A stretch of 62,157 nt of DNA, the filler included, from Choristocarpus tenellus KU-1152 (taxonomy: Eukaryota; Protista; Phaeophyceae), in assembly GCA_964200185.2 (NCBI GenBank). It is 12 parts of 12 records of this genome, joined end to end, with 100 filler letters (N's around TTAATTAATTAA, not from the genome) between each part and the next. Parts side by side here need not be neighbours in the genome. Positions count along the whole stretch, not along the records: positions 1 to 14,797 come from CAXNAD020001112.1; positions 14,898 to 19,838 come from CAXNAD020012447.1; 10 more parts are not named here. One strand, 5' to 3'. Below are positions 1 through 19,838 of this stretch, piece after piece. Numbering within the stretch: the first letter of the stretch is position 1; every line of letters begins with the position of its first letter. Both the position numbers and the translations under genes were made by a program. The notes under the pieces were generated by a model. The model ran no database searches. It was given only the letters and a program-made list of their open reading frames with translations, and had not been told where the DNA came from.

Positions 1-1666
1 CTAATAAATGGTGGTGGGGCAATGGAATCGTATGCAGTGTGCAATATGCAAGGTGGGGGTGCAATCTGTGCTGTGAAGCAGGCGATATCAATTTTTTTGA
101 TGTCTTTGCCCTATGCCTCCGCATTTCCTTCTCTACACCCTGTGAGTTCTAGATAGGAAGTGTAAGGCAAAATTGGAGAGATTAGCCCACCATTCTCAGT
201 CCCTTGGAACGAGCTTGAGTATCTGACAATTTTCCCCCTTCCCCCAATGCATTGATCATAATGGCATACCAAGTTCCAATTTCTGTTAGTGCTTGAGGAT
301 CACGACTCCTAACTTCCTCTCAAAGTAAACAATTTCCCCACAACTCCTTCACTACACCATGTGGACATGGTCATATCCCGTTCCCTGACCAAGGAGTTCC
401 TTCTACCCTTGTTCTCCCCCCTGATGGACTTGTTTTCACATAATCCACAATAATTCTGATTTCCTGGACGTGCACTTCCAGCTGTGGCAGCCTCTAAGGC
501 TTCTGGGTTCAGGCAGGAGGGACACACACTCGATGGAAGCAACCATAGCCCCCACTACTGACACAAAGGAAGGGATGGCATCACACAATTCACCAGAGGA
601 GAGAGAAAGTAGGTGAGGGATGACATGGGAGAGGAAGATGAGAAAAGTATATTGTGCAATCTGGTAAGACCATACCTCTGAACTGGAGGAGACACAAGAG
701 CACACACAGATGTAGATGCTAATGAGTCAGTCATATGACAAGTAATTAATGAGGATAAGGGTGGGATGACTGTGGTGGGAGTTGAGATTGGTTGTTACAC
801 GGGATCAAATGAGTTATGTTCTCTGTGGAGGCCCCATGAAGAGGGAGTAGAGAAGGGATGTGAAGATATCAAAATTTTACTGCTTGCCGTTTACCTGTTG
901 CATATGATACATATCATCCTTGGTAGACACTGTTCTTTACTCCAAAATAGAAAGATTGTCAAGTGTATGAGACTAGGTGGAGGGGAATTCATGCAAGCTT
1001 AATTGGCAGGTATGCACAGGGGTATTTGACTGTGCATCTAGCTTAGAGTTGGTGATGCTAAATCCAATTGAACTGGAACTAGAATATTCTTTTTGTTAGC
1101 ATGTCTTGATTAATGAGCAGGCATCATATGTACACCCTGCAAGCAATACACAGCTAAATATTCCAATTGAGTTACCACAATCATTCTTCTAGCTATTTAC
1201 TGTGGTGGTAGTGAGAGATCTACATTATTGTAATGTGGACGGGTCCACCTACTGGTGTTGCTCATGAGAATACATTCACCTAGAAACCAAGATATCATAT
1301 TCATACACTTTTCATTGGTTTTCAATGATACCTGAAGATGTATGCAAGGGTTCACATTTTTCCCTCTGATGTGAGCATCATGGTTGACAAGTACTCAGAA
1401 TAATCTCTTCTGTGGGTGGCAAGTGCTGATATTCGTGTCATGAAATTATCTCCAAGATCAGTACCTCTGTAGAACAGTTGCAGCTCAATTAATTGACAAA
1501 ATCAAAGACTGGGGTTCTTCCCAGGTTAATCCATTAGTCTTCACCATGCTACAGGCTATCAATGACCCTCAGAACAATAGTACTGTTTTATGTTGATGTC
1601 TTAATAGATTGGAGGCTATGGGGGCAAACCCTGGCTGATACAAATCACTCTGTTGACTTCCTACAG

Positions 1667-1726
1667 TGGGAAGATAAAGGGTGGAGTGAGAGGGGTCTTC
1701 TTTGGGACCCAGGAGGAAAATCGAAG
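1667..1726 (+). CDS. Candidate upstream exon of the galactokinase (GKIKGGVRGVFFGTQEENR)
   Basis: ttcctacAG acceptor and AG|GTTGAG donor. A 60-nt phase-2/phase-2 open exon matching the phase-2 acceptor at 2230. No homology support. Confidence 0.35.
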
Positions 1727-2229
1727 GTTGAGATGATCAGTCTAGGGTTAGGGTGGAGATTAGTGAAGTGATCATGCACAGGTTAAGCAAGGTAGTGCCC
1801 CAACCTCTTTGACTTTGTCAAGGTGTTTAGATACCACTGTCCCACAGATTTACATAGTTACTTGGGAGTGATTAACTGTTGGTATATCTTAAGGCGACAA
1901 ACTCTTAAGAAGTGTCATGAGGCTAGTGGGAGTTGGAATTAATAGATAAGACGAACACCATTCCATGACACACAAGAAGGTCTTCCTGACTTTGTGGAGA
2001 TCCTTGTTGCTGCTCGAAAAATCGGCACCACCTCCTCGAAAAATTCTGCCTACTGCACTACCTTGTTAGGCGCCAGTTCACACCCAGCTTTAGTCATTGT
2101 GCCACCCTGCTGCACTTTGTAGGCTCTTTCCCCTCTACCCAGCTTGACTAGCCTCATCCCCCTCCCCTACCTCTTACCCCCTATGCCTGTTTCTGTGTGT
2201 GATACCTTCAACTTCCCATTATGGAAAAG

Positions 2230-9761
<7,532 letters not shown>

Positions 9762-12700
9762 CGTGCACACTACCCTGCAGTTTGCAATGTGTGTGATATG
9801 CGGTTTCTGCTACGGCCTCGTACCATACTGTGCAGTGTCTTTTCTCGACAAACATAGACCTTGTTGAAAAAAGGTACTGTGTTTGTGTTATCAAAGGCCA
9901 AGCACATAGATCAACAATGGTGTGTGTTGAATCCTGTTGGTGGTGTCCTGGATTTGCATGGCCAAAGGCCTTGTGGTGTGGTGTGTGATAAAAAGATGCC
10001 AAGTTTTGCCTTGTACAGCTATATACAGTACAATTGTAGTGGCTTGAATGTTTGGAGCATGTTGTCTGCAAAGACATGTTCTGTTGTGTCAAACTCCCCT
10101 GTCATGTTGGGGTGGGACTCTTACAAGTAGGGTAGCTCCTGGTATAAAGGGGGGCTCGTGTAGATGATGATGCGTGTATCCAATTGAGATTGCAAGCATT
10201 TATAAGCTGCCCTTCATGTGTTTAAGTGTGTGTGTACGTGCTTACTATTATGGTACTCACACAGAGAAGAGGAGGGGGTCGGCATTTCCTTCAGCCCTTC
10301 TGTTCTTGGCGTTGGGAGGTCATCCTCGCCTGACCCAAGAATACAGTCATGAGAGAGGGAGAGATGAGGGTATTAGTTGTTGACTTGTTCATGTGCTTAC
10401 AGGTCCTCTCGCATGGGTCTTCTTGGATGAGATCTCTAAGGGATGGGCTTATTGTGCTCAGGACATGTGCGAATGTAGAAGTCAAGATGGAGGGGAGTTT
10501 TTGCATGCATTATGTGCTTTATTTTGCTGAATATTGGTGTATGGTTAGGCGTTGTAGAATGGGGAAGCTGGGGTGTGTGTGTGGCTGTAGAGATGGGCGT
10601 ACTCAATCGCGTGTTACACTTTTGTTTGTTTTTGGTTTGTTGCCATGTGTATGACGCACGAGGTTGAAGGCGTGCATGGTTCAAATGGTTGATGTAAGCA
10701 TTGTTTTTTGTACTTTTCAAAACAAAGTGCTGTGGTTCCCGCTTCTGCTACTTGTGTGTGTGCAAATAAATCTATTCAGGCTCTGAGCCGCTTGGTTTTG
10801 GTGGTTGCCCGTTTATTACTCTCTGCTCGGTGTTGATGATGAATGTTTTGGTTTTGAGGATAAGAAATCAGAGTGGTGTTGCAAGGTAGAGATTGCATTT
10901 TTGACTTGAGAGTTTTTTGTCCGTACATGAGCTATATATTTGCTAGTGTATTGAGACATGTATGTGTAGTAGAACTACTAGAGCAACAAAGATTGTTGTC
11001 CAAGGTAGTGAGTTGGAGTTGAGCCTCAGTGTGTATTTCTTCCAAGTAGTTACTACATACATCATTACAAGCTCTTGTTATTGTTAAGAGCTCTAAGGGA
11101 CAACTATGGTGATAATTAATGGATTGGAAAGATATGGATTTCATCTTCCGACGAGGTGTGATGTTATCTGCCATTGTGTTTTTAGTGACATCTTTGTATG
11201 TGTATGTGTATATGTAATCCCTCACACTAAAGCACAACAAGCTTACTACACATACAACAGGTTGGCTGCATGTAATAGTACGTGTGAGAAATATGTATCA
11301 GATGTAACATGTATTCTAGGCTATGCATGCGTACTAAGAAAGGATTCATCTATTGTACTTGATGTAATATGCCTTACATATCCTGTAGTATATAGGTGGA
11401 GAGATCAAGGTATAACAAGAGATTTGTGAAGCAAAACATAGCTTTAATAATGATCTGCCACCTATTCCAACATTTGCATCGGGTAAGCCTTTTGGCATAG
11501 ACAGGAATGAAGCATGGTTAGCATTTTTTTGTGTATATACTACTCTTGCAGTCACATACATGTACATTATGTCATGTACGTGCAGTGGAGGGTGACCCCA
11601 AACATCTACTGTCTTAGTATGTAAGATATCTGGGTGGCCGATCTCGAGAAATTCTCCCATTTCTGAGTACTATTGCGTTCATTTTGGGGAGGGCTGTCTT
11701 GGTCACGGCAATCAATGTTCTTGGTATACTAATACTATTTAGTAGCATGTATGTGAGAATATTTTATCGCCTCCAATGGTGATAAGCCCGTCAATAGCTC
11801 TTTCAAATGCTGAAGCAACAGCGAGGGAGTCTGCTTGAGCCAATGCAAGAAAGCTTGTAGGAAGATAGCAATTCTTTGTGCTTCCAAATCATCAAGCAGA
11901 AGGGGTGGCATAGCAAGAAGCTGCTTTTGTTGAAGCTGTGAGAGGAATAGAGCATAGCAATCTCAACCCAATATCATGCATGATGTGTCCCCATCCCTGT
12001 TACTACGAAGAGCATTTACCACCACAATGATGTTATGTCTGAGGCACAAGGTTTGATTGACTATGGGGGTGAATGAGAACGACTAGAGTGTGAAGAAAAG
12101 GAAATGGAAAGATATGCGCCACTAGAGCCTCAGAGTTCAGGGAGTGTGTTTGAATTATTCTAGTCTGAGAATATTGGACCCGTTCGCAGGATGTCACATC
12201 ATTATGAATCTTGTGGCATCATCATCCCAGGGATCATCAAACATCCACCTTGGCTTGTGTGTTCTTGGCTCTGACTTATTATCCCTAACACAACTTCACC
12301 TCCAAAACATATGCCAACATGATATTATAATGAGCGATACTTAGAAGTAATATGACACGATTATTATCGTTACTATAGTCAATTATCCTAGCGTAAAGAA
12401 GTAAGAGCTTATGCTTCTAAGTGATAAGATGATCGCACCTAGCCATGGCAAAGAAAAACAATCATGTTCCTAGTGTTGTCCTAAGAACAATTAATTGTTC
12501 ATATTTGCCCGAAGGTCTGTTTTTTTCTAATATAACACAAGAAATATTTTACTCTGATGAGTAATATTGGTTGCCAGCATGACAATGTTTGGGGGCCAGT
12601 TGCTTATTAACACCTGCCTGTTGTCCATATAGGATCCTCATGGGTTAGTGGTTAAGGCGGCGGTTACCTGCATTAATTTAACGATTTCAAACCCAGACTT

Positions 12701-12839
12701 TTTTCATGAAATCTGGTTTCAATGATGTTATTCCACACTGCCAAATCCATCATTGTTGACTAAATCTGTGACATCTTTTCACCAAACAGTTAGTAGGTTG
12801 TGCGATCTTGTTGAAGGTGATGTATATGTCGGAGTTATT

Positions 12840-13024
12840 TGCCCGAAAGTATCTGGGGTGGGGGGGAAGGGTCTACACCAGGGTATCCATTTGGCCCAAA
12901 ATCAGGAAAAGTTCATTTACATTATCCATCGGACTATATATGCAACCAAATCAGCCAAAAATCACGACATAAAAAAATTGACCCCAAATGGACAGCCGCC
13001 AACCCCTCCCAGATACTTAGAGCC
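12840..13024. mobile_element. MITE subfamily B (about 180 bp, TIR GGCYCAAAGTATCTGGGG), degenerate left end
   Basis: gcccgaaagtatctgggg ... cccagatacttagagcc. Internal sequence matches the copies at 26569 and 59291 in reverse orientation. Confidence 0.8.
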
Positions 13025-13030
13025 ACAGTG

Positions 13031-13286
13031 GAGTGAACGTGTCTTAGAGGGTGCGAGTTTTGCCCTGTTTGTCCATTTGGGGCTTGGCTTCCCATGATTT
13101 TTCTAATGACATTTTTCTACTCCAAAATATTTCGGAGTAGGTGAAATATATGCATTATGAAATGGTGTGGCCAGAATATGGATATTGACACTTAGCAAAC
13201 ACGATAGCCAAAATTACACCAAAATCGCAACATTGGATTTTGGCCCCCAAATGGACGCGGCTCTACCCTCTAAGATACTTTGGCTC
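13031..13286 (+). mobile_element. MITE subfamily A (about 256 bp, GAG..CTC termini, Sola2-like)
   Basis: TIRs gagtgaacgtgtcttagagggt / accctctaagatactttggctc. 4-bp TSD AGTG on both sides. Confidence 0.88.
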
Positions 13287-14030
13287 AGTGACATGGGATG
13301 GTATAATGGCTTGAAAATAGTTTTCAGAAAAAGGATGTAAAGTCAATATGCCTCTTTATTTCTCTCTGGGTTAAGCATTATTACTTGCTAAAGCTGGGGC
13401 AACTTATGGCTCTCTGTTAATAGATAGGTTAGATGATAATTGGTAAAAATAAGATTCGATTGATTGCTGGTATTAGAGAAGTGTATAGTAGTTACCAAAT
13501 TCAAAGCGCAACGGATTGTACACCTGTACTTACTCTCTTTATGGTTACACCACAAAAACGCTAGACCAAGATCAACGAGGAAACTTTGGGTCGGGCCCAG
13601 CAGCAGAGGATTTCAGGGAGTGCCTAACCCAATGCGCGAGAAGCAAGGCAGGAATGGAGGGAGTAGAATGATAGTCGTAGTGCAACAGTTACTTAGCAGT
13701 TAATAGGAGAAGTATTGCAAATGTAATGCCTCTGACCACGGATAGGGATCATCACCGACTATTGTGATGCAAATATAGTGCCCAGGTGCGTTTGATTTAC
13801 AGAATACCAAGTCGGTTGTCGGGGCAACACTTGGGACTGCATGTTACTTGCTCTATACAACATCTGTTGTCCAAGCAAACCCTCTAGCCCATTTGCCCCA
13901 GTAACATAATTCATACTTATTCAGAACAATACTGTTACTTGCGGTCATTACTTCAATTATTAATTTATATTCTAACATTTTTAGTAGTTGATCGCTATAA
14001 TGTTGGCAGTCACCTCCAGGATCAGACAGG

Positions 14031-14331
14031 TCTTGATTTTTTCAAAAAGGTTGGGAATGAGTTAAACGACGATGAGCATATCGAATGAAAGCTCTTGATC
14101 TAAGCTATGATTTCTGGAAAGAAATTCTTTGGCGAGATTATTTTGGTAAAGTTAAATATTAACCGAATGTTTTCGGCACAACCTTGAAAATGTTTCGGAA
14201 TGAATCGTCACGACCAAAAATATTTTTTGGAAGAAATTCTTTTCGTAAATCGACAGCGTAGATCAAGTGCTTTCATTTGCTATGCTGATCGTTGATTAAC
14301 TCGTTGGGCAACCTTTTCAAAAAAATCAAGA
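14031..14331. repeat. About 300-bp imperfect palindrome (foldback/MITE-like)
   Basis: Left arm tcttgattttttcaaaaaggttgggaatgagttaaacgacgatgagcatatcgaatgaaagctcttgatctaagcta is the near reverse complement of right arm agcgtagatcaagtgctttcatttgctatgctgatcgttgattaactcgttgggcaaccttttcaaaaaaatcaaga. Confidence 0.8.
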
Positions 14332-14559
14332 TTGTTAACGGCCAAACGGTACGTCGGCGGACCTCGGCTTAATAATGTTTAAGCCACTCACAGGACACTG
14401 TGACGCCCCATGAGCTCCGAGTTGTTACCTGACGACGTTGACGTTGTGGTGCGGTCACTCCCTGATGGATTTGAGTTCGTCCGGTGCCGTCAGGAGGCCA
14501 GGGGCAAGGGATATCGGCTGAGGATTTCCCCTCGTCCATAAGGCAAGAAGGGGGAGTAT

Positions 14560-14797
14560 GTTGGACAGGTTAATAAGGGGATGAGACAGATTTTGCAAGA
14601 GGTTTGTTTCCAGGGATGACCAAGGATGGGGACAAGGGCAGGAATAAGAGCATGAGCATGGCGTATATTCTTTGGGAAGCGGCTGGATTTCAAGGTAGAA
14701 AAACTGAGTCTTAAGATTTTGGTTGAGCGTCTTGGAGGACACCGCTTGATGCTTCCAAAGTACCACTCTGAATTGAACCCGATAGAGATGGTTTGGG
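14560..14797 (+). pseudogene. IS630/Tc1-mariner-type DDE transposase C-terminal fragment, frameshifted, cut by the contig end
   Basis: Reads KGMRQILQE ... DFK ... GH ... MLPKYHSELNPIEMVW across frames, matching the LPKxHxELNPIExxW third-catalytic-residue motif. Confidence 0.75.
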
Positions 14798-14897
14798 NNN
14801 NNNNNNNNNNNNNNNNNNNNNNNNNNNNNNNNNNNNNNNNNTTAATTAATTAANNNNNNNNNNNNNNNNNNNNNNNNNNNNNNNNNNNNNNNNNNNN
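14798..14897. other. Artificial contig spacer N44-TTAATTAATTAA-N44 (first of 11)
   Basis: The same 100-nt linker with all-frame stops recurs at 19839-19938, 22798-22897, 25508-25607, 28474-28573, 32857-32956, 39898-39997, 43232-43331, 45898-45997, 53566-53665 and 58578-58677. Confidence 0.97.
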
Positions 14898-15743
14898 ATT
14901 TCTGAGTTGCCCTTGCCCGTGTGGGGGGTGGCACCGTCTTGCTGAACGACAATGTGCTTCCCCTGCAACCAAGGCATCTTGGTCTTGATTGCAGGCAGTA
15001 ACTCCTCTGTGTACCACTTCTGTACCACAAACTGTCTAAAGTACAGTCCTGCTCATACACATCCCCCTTTTTATGGTTCTTGCTAGTCCTGTCTGCCGTT
15101 TTTGGTGCACACACACATGCCAAACACCAAGCTTTCCATGAAAGCTGTGAGCCGAATCTGGGCGGACGTTGGCTGCAATGATCATGGTTTTGGGGATATG
15201 ACTCTTGAGCTGCACAGCAGGGAACCCTGGAAGGTTGCTATTATCCTCATGCGGAAATACCCTAACCCTTTCCCCATCGGCCATCACATAAAACCAGGTG
15301 TCATCTACATGGATTGTGTTCGCCATGGAGGCGTACAAACCACGTTTCCGGTCCACTTGATCACAAACAAAGTCCATTCTCCATACCTTTTGCCACGATT
15401 TAAGCTTGGGTTTGATCCAGCGGCGATTCGGCATGGCCCCCATATCATCCAACCACCCATTATTGGTGCTCGTCCTATAATTCAACCCCTTGGCGGCCAT
15501 CTTCATTTTCACCTGACGCACTGTGGATGACGTATTATCGGAGTTGATACTATGTATTGCGGTCATCTTGGTCGGTGTGAGGTCCGAAGGCCACCCATTA
15601 CGTGCCGCCACCCCTAGGTCAAGTGTGTGGCCATGGGCGAGCTGATTGGCGATGTTCTCCCAGAGCCCTCGCATGTAACGCTCGGACACTCCAAACTCCG
15701 CTGTGAGGGCTGACCCAATGTGTCGTGGCAGGTTTATGCTCAC
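14898..15743 (-). pseudogene. Mariner-like transposase of the plant/oomycete DDxD type, frameshifted
   Basis: Across three frames: IHVDDTWFYV (cf. HIDEKWFY), HIPKTMIIAANVRP (cf. FIxKVMFLxAVARP), FHGKLGVW (cf. FDGKIGxW), RTSKNHKKG, LLPAIKTKMPW, IVVQQDGATPH (cf. IQQDNAxPH). Confidence 0.85.
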
Positions 15744-16195
15744 CAGGAACCATCACGAGGGCGTGCCGCACTGCAAGCGCAACCCCGGTATTCAGGGACA
15801 CTTGGGCACCCTTCCTACATCGACGGGGGGGTTGCCATGCCGACGTTCTGACCCTCGACGTGCCCAGTTCTGGCCTCAAAATCACCCGAAAAGACTCCTA
15901 CTTTGACGGCTCGAAGCACCTCGAGTATGTACCGGATGATCCTCGACCCCCTCCTTTTCTGAAAGCAGAGATTATCAACCCGATTTCATTCTGAGGGGTT
16001 ATCGTCCGATTCAGCGCTATTCTCACTCGGCGACCCCAGATGTTTCGCGGCACAAACTTATGGCACAGAGGTAGTACCTCTTTACGACTTTGGCTCTGTG
16101 TAGGTATGTATGGATGGCTACGCATTGCTCCTTCAGTCTTCAGGTGGTATTCTTTTTGTTGCCTTTCTTGGCAGCCTCTCATACATCCATCTTCT

Positions 16196-16420
16196 TCATC
16201 CAGGTGTTGCGGAGGAAGACAAGGAGTTCACATAACCTAGGCCCAGTTTCCTCGGTTTTACTTCAAAGTAGGTCAAAGTATTCCCAGCTGTTGAGAACAT
16301 GTGCTCTGAGTCTGGTTGTGTAGCAGGAATGATCAAAAGGCGTCGGGAAAGTTTGGTCATGAACTGAATTTTGAGTTCCTTCTCCGCCACCACTTGATGA
16401 GCAGGTTGTTGTAAGCTCCC
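16196..16420 (-). pseudogene. hAT transposase C-terminal dimerisation-domain fragment
   Basis: KWW in an adjacent frame, then KLSRRLLIIPATQPDSEHMFSTAGNTLT, matching LARxxLxIPATSxxSERxFSxAG. Confidence 0.7.
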
Positions 16421-16758
16421 ACCGTATACATCAATTTTTGGGAGTCCTTCTGAAACATTGAAGACATCAATCTCTACATGTGCTGCTTTTCCGTTTTTCT
16501 CCTCACTATGTGTTCCCATATCCCACCATCACCCGAAATCCCCTATGCATTGCAAGCGAAGATATTACAAACCTCTTGTGACATCCATAAGAGGGCTGCC
16601 CCCACTTAAGATGGACAGCACCTGGGCGTTGGCTTGGTTCCATCACTCACTGAACTATTCCCTGCCTCCTGTGCTCTATGCTCCTCTTACACAGTGACGA
16701 GAACTTACAACTCTATCTGCGTCCATATGTCTTCATCATGCTTGCTCTCTGTGGAATC

Positions 16759-17105
16759 TGTGCAAAATAGGACAATAGTGAGGTGTACCTTATTTTGTAT
16801 ATGAGAGATTATCATTTTGATTGAGTCCATATGGTGTAACTAATGAGATAGTACATCGGGATTATGAATGGGATTATGTATGGGTTTTTTTCTGCATTCA
16901 ACTAATTTGAAATAACCGTTGACTTATGTAGGCCCCACAAAATAATAAAAAAACAAGCAATAGGAATAGGACACCCCACAAACGTCACTCTTCTAATTTC
17001 ATCCATCCATTCTATTCACGTTCAGCAAAGGGGATCGTGTGAGGCTCCACACCTTCTTGTCTTCACTACTGATGAATAGCATTACCTTCCAAGGTAAATT
17101 GCACA
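16759..17105 (+). repeat. Copia 5' LTR (TGTGCAA...TTGCACA)
   Basis: 7-bp terminal inverted repeat, homologous along its length to 35666-35991, and followed directly by a PBS-like sequence. Confidence 0.85.
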
Positions 17106-17117
17106 GATTATGAGCCT
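17106..17117 (+). promoter_or_regulatory. Primer-binding site, half-tRNA-iMet type
   Basis: GATTATGAGCC directly after the LTR-terminal CA resembles the GGTTATGRGCCC PBS used by many copia elements. Confidence 0.6.
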
Positions 17118-17507
17118 TAGCAGTATGGAGACCGACCTGAAGAAAACTTGCTGTCTGGACAGGGGCCACAGGAAGGTCATTAGAGATCTGGCCCACTTGG
17201 AGACTGTCATTGATAAGTTACGCTGGTGGAAGGGGTTTTTATGAGGTTACGACGAGGGACTACGAGATTCCTGAAACACCCACCACCATCTCGGGAGAGG
17301 CAGTGTGAACGGCATTATGGTTCCTGCTTATTCAAGTAACAAAGGGGCCGTCATCAGCAATCGTTGCAAGATATGAAAACGGGGGTCAACCAGAAGGCAG
17401 AGGGGCCTGGATAGAAGTTGAAAGAGTCTACGGTGGACACACGGAGGGCGAGATCCCAGTGCAGGTCATCACTTTGGAGGCAAGACTCCGAGAACTACGG
17501 TGCGCGG

Positions 17508-17883
17508 TGTTGAAATATTCCACACTGGACCTGCGGCTTTGGTGCTTTGAAGAAGGACCATGAATAGCTTGATGTAGAAATACAATGTTAATATTAGAAG
17601 GAGCTTGTGGTCTCAATTCCGCTGACTGAATTGGTGGGGTGAGGCAAGTCTAGACTACCATTATTATTTCTATAGTGTGGAGTTTGCAATCGTCCACACT
17701 ATTTTACTATGAATCACTTATTAACTTGTTTTAAGTATAGCAAGTGTATCTTGAACATGACACAAAAATCAATGGACACTATGAGTCTGTACATATGATA
17801 TATCTGTCACTGGCTCTCCATCCTACTACCTAATCCACCGGTGGTGTCTATAGTGTATCAGCATTACTATCTACGAACACACA
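17508..17883. mobile_element. Solo LTR of a second family inserted into the copia gag
   Basis: TGTTG...CA termini. Gag reads LRELRCA before it and ASQDSTDFVIKLEQ after it. Homologous to 29994-30392 (opposite strand) and about 23830-24189. Confidence 0.7.
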
Positions 17884-18035
17884 GCGTCTCAGGACAGCAC
17901 CGATTTTGTCATTAAACTAGAGCAACTACTTGCGGAATTCGAGGAGCTCAAGGAGCTTAAATCCAAGAACATGAAACAGGCATCTATACTGCTTGGGATC
18001 AAGGAAGACATGCCACATGTGTTAGCACAATTAAT

Positions 18036-18292
18036 TAGTCAAAGTATCTAGAGGGTAGAGTCCTGTCCATTTGGGGCCAAAATCCAGTGATGCGATCTTG
18101 ATGTAATTTTGACTATCGTGTTTGTTAGGAAATGTCAATATGCTTGTTCCAGACACACCTTTTCATAACGTATACATTTTACCTACTCCGAAAAATTTCG
18201 GAATAGGAAAATGTCATAAAAAACCCTGTGGGAAACCAAGCTCCAAACGGACAAACAGGGAAAAACTCGTATCCTCTAGGATACTTTCACTC
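18036..18292 (-). mobile_element. MITE subfamily A inserted in the copia gag
   Basis: agtcaaagtatctagagggtagag ... tcctctaggatactttcactc. Gag continues across it (VLAQL / ITRPDISYEEL). Confidence 0.88.
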
Positions 18293-19819
18293 AATAACGC
18301 GCCCTGACATCAGCTATGAGGAGCTCCACTCAGACCAAGATGGGCATGATAGGGTATTGCAATGCGTGGCAATGTAAGGAACGGCCATGCCTTGAACACC
18401 AGTTGATCAGCTGGAAGCGGCCCCAAACCAAACCAACGTGCATACTGCTTGAAGATGAACCATCAATGTCAGAAGTGCTACTCATATTTGAATGGAAAGC
18501 CACCAGCAAAATATCCGCCTGGGATGGCACCTGCGAGAACATTTCCGCCACCCCCACCTGGTGGGAGCAGCAACCAAGTCGATGGGAACCAAGCGCGCTC
18601 CTTCTCCACTTTCAAGGTGACAGCAGGCGAAGAGGTTAACAAAAGTGTGGTGCTCAACTCCTCCAGTGGAAGACAAGTCGAGATATTGTGTGACTCCGGA
18701 GCAAACATACATCATACACCTGATCGTGAAGATCTCATAAGCACTCGGACCACCAAACGGACCCTTTCAATTCGGCATCACTGGTCACAAATATTTTCAG
18801 GTGTTTGTTAATGAGAGCAGCCGAGACAAGAGGGTTTATGGATTGAAAACAAAGAACGCAGTGACCGATGCAACCGCTGCCTATATTGACCAGATGACTA
18901 GAGAAGGTATACAAGTCCAATGCATCAGTGGGGATGGCGCTGGTGAGCTTGGGAGATTGGTGAAATTCCAAAGGATGTTGGTGAATAACGGTACCCAATG
19001 GAGGAGATCTCCACCGAGAACACCACAGAGCAACAGGATCGCCAAAAGGGCGATAAAGCAACTCATGGAGGCATCAAGGAATCAACTGGCAAAGGCTGGG
19101 CTGGGCGACACAAGTACTGGTTCTTTGCCATCACGGACACCGCCTTCAAAACTGGAGGCATGCCACACGAAAACCTCGGAGGAGAGAGGCCATGCGAGCG
19201 TCTAAAAGGCAAATCCTTCAATTATGATAGGCTTTGGGCCTGGGGGAGCGAGTGATATGTTCGCCAGGACAAGTAGCGGAGGGGAGCCGGTTCAAGTTTC
19301 ACCCATACGCCAAGTGGGGTATCATCATGGGACACGACCGTACATCAATGTGTTGGTACATCTGGCTTCCTCAAGAAGCCAAGTTGGTGACCTCAGCCCA
19401 AGTGACGTTCGAACCAGATGAACACATCATGGACTTCGTGGGGGACAGAGAGACGATGACGTTGACCGATGATGAAGAGATTTCCGATACTGAAGACGAC
19501 TCTGATCTTGATTTCGATATCGCAGCCGATCCGATACCACAAGCAACATCTGTGAGCAAGAACTCGACAAGCTCACCTAGTGGACAACGGAGGTAAGCAA
19601 GGATAGCTGAACAACCCAGGGTGGACTACGGGGATTTACACTCTGGAGATACCGAAGAAGTGGGGGAGCATATAGTCAATCTGTTTAGAGGAAGCACGGA
19701 TGACGCCTACTGATTAATTAATGGACATGGCCGGTGACATCTCAATAGGACACCAGGAGCCATCAACCATCGCAGAAGCCCTTGCAGGGCCTGATGCAGA
19801 ACACTGGAAAGAGGCAATG

Positions 19820-19838
19820 GGGTCAAAGTATGTGGGGG
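19820..19838. mobile_element. MITE terminus (GGGTCAAAGTAT..GGGG) at contig end
   Basis: gggtcaaagtatgtggggg runs into the gap and interrupts the copia RT. Confidence 0.7.

Larger units (their letters stand above)
16759..19819 (+). mobile_element. Decayed Ty1/copia LTR retrotransposon (5' LTR, PBS, gag, protease, integrase, start of RT) with two nested insertions
   Basis: Gag: LWFLLIQVTKGP..EGRGAWIEVERVYG, DFVIKLEQLLAEF. Protease: ILCDSGANIHHT. Integrase: FVNESSR..VYGLKTK, ISGDGAGEL, PPRTPQSNRIAKR, KWGIIMGHD. RT start: EPSTIAEALAGPDAEHWKEAM. Order PR-INT-RT is copia-type. Confidence 0.9.

Noticed and set aside
10765-10770. AATAAA as the galactokinase poly(A) signal
   Set aside because: About 1 kb downstream of the stop and plausible, but a lone hexamer cannot be supported without transcript data.
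13585-13605. gggtcgggcccagc as a copia PBS
   Set aside because: Partial match only, with no adjacent LTR end or recognisable gag.
14560-15743. The two Tc1/mariner relics as one element, or as the mobiliser of the MITEs
   Set aside because: They lie on different contigs, opposite strands and belong to different subfamilies. This superfamily makes TA TSDs, not the 4-bp TSDs observed.
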